Below the pieces are notes generated by a model. That model had not been told where the DNA came from. It made no database searches and saw only the letters and a list, made by a program, of their open reading frames with translations. The position numbers and the translations under genes are program-made. Below, piece by piece: positions 58,200 to 64,000 of a stretch of DNA of 64,000 bases (position 1 is its first letter; each line of letters opens with the position of its first letter). Source of the DNA: the human T2T-CHM13v2.0 reference genome, Homo sapiens; assembly GCF_009914755.1 (NCBI RefSeq), contig NC_060931.1; one strand, 5' to 3'.

Positions 58200-58325
58200 C
58201 ACCAATAGACAAGCTTCCGGGGTTTTATTACAGGTTTCACACCTAGAGGCTGTTTTGCTAAGCCCCGCCCCTTCAGAACTGCCCTGCAGCTGCTTTAACC
58301 CCTTCTCTCCTGGAGTATAAAGAGG
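58200..58325 (+). promoter_or_regulatory. Promoter-like module (CCAAT, GC box, E-box, TATA)
   Basis: CCAAT at 58202, GCCCCGCCCC at 58262, CAGCTG at 58287, TATAAAGAG at 58316. Confidence 0.35.
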
Positions 58326-59112
58326 ACCCTCTGGCTTCTCCCTAAGATGAACTTGGGTCTCCAAACTGCTCCCAATGTCCTCACCCTCCCAGCTTCCCTT
58401 CCAAGATCTGTTCTGTGAAATGCAAAAGCCAGTCTTGACACCCTGAGAATGCTGGCCTTTGTCAGCAGATGAAGCAGATATTGTCGAGCTGGGACAAAAG
58501 TGCCCTTGTGATTTGTGGAGACCAGGCGTCCTCTGTGGGGTCCGGTGGGGTGGGCAGCAATGGGGCCCGGGAGTGGGAGGCACAGCCCGGCCTCCACCAA
58601 GGAGGCTGGGGCCAAGAGGATCGTGAGGGGTCGGGTATATTTTGGAAACATCTTGCGTGTTATGGGTTCTTGCACTTTTAGCACAGGCCTGGGGGGGGGG
58701 GGGGAGTCGAGCGGGAATCCCGGGGTCCTTTATTTATTCCTCATCCTGTGGGTCTCCTGTGTGGAGGATGCTTTGCCTACAACCAGTGACAGCCTGCAGG
58801 GGAACGGGAACAGGATGGGCCCCTCCCCAGGAGCAGATCCTTGATGAGGACCTTCAAGGTCAAGGGCTGCTGGTTGGGGGTTGGGGGGGACAGAAAAGCG
58901 AGGTGCCCATTGCTACCCCAAGCAGGGGCCAGCGAGGGAGGATGGCTTGCAGGCCCCCACCCCCCACCGCCCTACACTGACCCAGCCGGGACACAGCAAG
59001 GGGTGGGCATGAGGCCCCACACCCCTCGCCTCCCCAGACTTCCTCTCTTTCGCTGAGCAATTCTGGCTCATGAATCTACTCTCCTCGCCTTGTTCACGGA
59101 AGATGACGCCTC

Positions 59113-59143
<31 letters not shown>

Positions 59144-59220
59144 CGGCTTCTTCTTCCCTGTGCCCCCCTCCCTGCGTCCCCGCCCCCACCCCCCCACCGT
59201 GTCCACCCTGGGTGGACCAG

Positions 59221-59325
59221 ACCCAGACGCAGCTGGAGCACGCGCGCATTGGGGAGCTGGAACAGAGCCTGCTACTGGAGAAGGCGCAGGCCGAGCGGCT
59301 GCTCCGAGAATTAGCGGACAACAGG
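59221..59325 (+). CDS. CLIP2: CLIP2 exon 9, 35-aa cassette exon
   Basis: ccag|[35 protein letters not shown]|gtaacc; 105 nt, phase 0-0; resembles the 35-aa alternative insert of CLIP-170/restin (from memory). Confidence 0.9.
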
Positions 59326-59482
59326 GTAACCGCGCCACCGCACCCGCCTGGCCCGCCAGCCACCTTGCCCTTTGATGCCCCCTCTGGCTTCTCTGTTTCA
59401 TTATTGACTCTCTTTCTTTAGCTGCTATCATCTTTTTTATTTTTATTTTTTATTTTTGCATCCCCTTGGAGGAGGGAAGTCA

Positions 59483-59992
<510 letters not shown>

Positions 59993-60717
59993 CTATGTAG
60001 GCAGACCTAGAAACCACTGATCCATGTCTCCTGTCTCCCCAGCTGAGGAGGCTGGGGAGAGGAAGGAGGTCAGGAACTGCAGATCTCTTCCCGGTTTCTC
60101 TGGCCCAGAGAGCCTGAAACATGGGTGCAGGAGGGGGCTGGGCTGAAGGACCTGGGGCTGAGGAAGGGGTGGGGCTTTTGAGGGAGTGGAGGTGTCCCCA
60201 GGGAATGGTGTTATAATGGGTCCTGGAGCCATGGAACAGCTCTGCTTGTGGGTGAGGCTTCCAGACTCCTAGGGCATGGTTCTGAGTCCCTGCTCCAGGC
60301 CCCACAGTCCCCTCCAGGCTTACCATGCACGCCTGGGACCCAGCACTCTGTGCAGGCACTCACATGCGAACAGCCAGCCGGCCCCCCAGCAGTCCCTCTG
60401 AGAGCAAGCAAAAACAGGCAGCAAGTGATGACTGGAAAAGCACCCCATAAACAGTATGTAGATGTAGAAGGAGCAGTGGTCAGTTTCTGCATGTTGGTCT
60501 CCGTGCACAAGTGGCTGTGTGCATGTGTGCAGGTGTCCAGAGACACACAGGGTCCATTTGCACACACTGGCCATTGCTCAGTGACCATGTGCTTGTACGG
60601 TACACACTCATGTGCATGAAGACTGAACGCACAAACTGACCCAGTCACGGCGGACCGGCCGGAGCCCTCCAAATGCATCTTGATCTAGGGTTCAACCTGA
60701 TGAAAACACAAAAACAG

Positions 60718-62018
<1,301 letters not shown>

Positions 62019-62176
62019 TCAGGAGGGAGTGAGCGCCTTTCCCTTCCCATGACCTCCACCTGCTGGGGCTGGTGCCCTCGAATGGACGCCCCCTACCCGG
62101 CCCCCACCATTGTGCCCTCCTTACCTTCCAGCCAGCCAGCCAGCCCGCTGATCCCTGTCTCCCTCTCTCCCCACAG

Positions 62177-63112
62177 CTGACCACAGTGGCCGAGAAGTCG
62201 CGCGTGCTGCAGCTGGAGGAGGAGCTCACCCTGCGCCGAGGTGAAATCGAGGAGCTCCAGCAGTGCCTGTTGCACTCGGGTCCCCCACCTCCGGACCACC
62301 CAGACGCCGCCGAGATCCTGCGGCTACGGGAGCGGCTGCTCTCGGCCAGCAAGGAACACCAGAGGGAGAGTGGGGTGCTGCGGGATAAATACGAGAAGGC
62401 CCTGAAGGCCTACCAGGCGGAGGTGGACAAGCTCCGCGCGGCCAACGAGAAGTACGCACAGGAGGTGGCGGGCCTGAAGGACAAGGTTCAGCAGGCCACC
62501 AGCGAGAACATGGGGCTAATGGACAACTGGAAATCCAAGCTGGACTCGCTGGCCTCGGACCACCAGAAGTCCCTGGAGGACCTCAAAGCCACCCTGAACT
62601 CGGGCCCAGGCGCCCAGCAGAAGGAGATCGGCGAGCTGAAGGCAGTGATGGAGGGCATCAAGATGGAGCACCAGCTGGAGCTGGGTAACTTGCAGGCCAA
62701 GCATGACCTGGAGACCGCCATGCACGTGAAGGAGAAGGAGGCCCTGCGAGAGAAGCTGCAGGAGGCCCAGGAGGAGCTGGCTGGGCTGCAGCGGCACTGG
62801 CGGGCCCAGCTGGAGGTGCAAGCCAGCCAGCACCGGCTGGAGCTGCAGGAGGCCCAGGACCAGCGCCGGGATGCCGAGCTGCGTGTGCACGAGCTGGAAA
62901 AACTGGACGTGGAGTACCGGGGCCAGGCGCAGGCTATCGAGTTCCTCAAGGAGCAGATCTCGCTGGCCGAGAAGAAGATGTTGGACTACGAGCGGCTGCA
63001 GCGGGCAGAAGCCCAGGGCAAACAGGAGGTCGAGAGTTTGCGGGAGAAGCTCCTGGTGGCTGAGAACAGACTCCAGGCGGTCGAGGCCCTGTGCTCCTCC
63101 CAGCACACCCAC
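62177..63112 (+). CDS. CLIP2: CLIP2 exon 10, long coiled-coil exon
   Basis: ccacag|LTTVAEKSRVLQLEEEL...EALCSSQHTH|gtaggc; 936 nt; lies within track ORF 62072..63430. Confidence 0.96.
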
Positions 63113-64000
63113 GTAGGCGCCTGCCCCTCCTGCTGGGGCGGGAGGGTCGGGCTGGGGAGGGCTTGGCCTTTTGCTGACCTCTGTTCTGCAGCCCAGGAAG
63201 CATTTCCCTTGTCCCCGAGAGCATGCCTGGGGCAGTCAAGGAAGGGGTCACCTGGCTTAGAGGAGGAGGAGCTCCTTGGCCCTCTGTTAGAGGGGCAGTG
63301 CGCCCTGGTGACCAGGGAGAACCGAAGCTGGTCTGAGCTGACCTGGCTGCATCCCCCCGCACAGAGCAGACCTGGAGAGATGGGACCTCCGTGCAGAGGA
63401 CGGGCTTTGATTTACCCATACATGTCTTAGGGTGCAGGGCTCCTAGGACCCGGGACCTCAGACCCTGTGCCCTGGGGCTGGCACAGACCTGAAGGCAAGC
63501 TCTGCCTATCCCCCTGGGGGCACCCATCTCCAACTTAGAAGCTCACCTGGGGAATCAGCGGCAGCCCCCTTTCTGCCAGTCCTAATGAGACTTTAGCAAC
63601 GGTGCCAACGAGTACTTCCCCAGAATGTGGGAGTTCCCGGAGTGGGGTCTGGAAGGCTAGAGGGGGTGGCCCTAAAGAGGTCGCTGTCACCAATGTCAAT
63701 TTTGCTCCAAATCTAGAAATTCCTTAAGCATCTACCCCTTCTTCCTTCAGCTGAACCCATCCTCCCAGCCCCTCTGAGGAGGTCAACACCCAGGTGGGCT
63801 GTGCCCACTCCACCAGGGCCAGGAAGGGCCTTTTGAGTGGCTCTGGGTACCACGTCTTATGCCAGGCCCTATGTGACTCCATTTCACCTTAACATCCTTA
63901 GATTGATACTGGCTCCATTTCACAGGTGAGCAAACCAAGACTTTCCCAGGTCCACAGCCTCTCAGTGGCAGAGATGTTCAACCCCATTCCCTGTGGGGCT

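Noticed and set aside
62488-63112. Antisense ORFs (153 and 198 aa) over exon 10, and similar ones over exon 3
   Set aside because: Expected shadow of GC3-biased coding sequence.

Overview
Human (primate) genomic DNA containing the 5' coding half of CLIP2 (CYLN2/CLIP-115, CAP-Gly domain-containing linker protein 2; Williams-Beuren region 7q11.23) on the + strand. Nine coding exons splice into one 2421-nt in-frame CDS (codons 1-807): MQKPSG start, two CAP-Gly domains (GKNDG) and the long coiled coil. Exon numbers 2-10 are from memory; non-coding exon 1 and the 3' exons lie outside the window. Introns are saturated with Alus and also carry L1, L2, MIR, Tigger3, THE1 and MLT1 fragments and microsatellites, and nearly all other track ORFs are Alu or low-complexity artefacts. 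Best leads, none experimentally verified: (1) a promoter-like island mid intron 2 with an ATG exon MGSWLCSFQ ending in a strong phase-1 donor, which would give a myristoylation-motif CLIP2 isoform; (2) exon 2 begins with a perfect 5' splice site (AG|GTGAGT), with a stem that could mask it and an in-frame uORF; (3) inverted-Alu architecture around exons 5-6, predicting a 412-nt circRNA with a 202-aa ORF that runs more than one lap; (4) a regulatory neighbourhood around the 105-nt cassette exon 9 (distal branch point, hairpin at the acceptor, RBFOX cluster, CCAAT/GC/TATA module); (5) a recent Alu-Alu tandem duplication and a TSD-bounded retrocopy-like insert.
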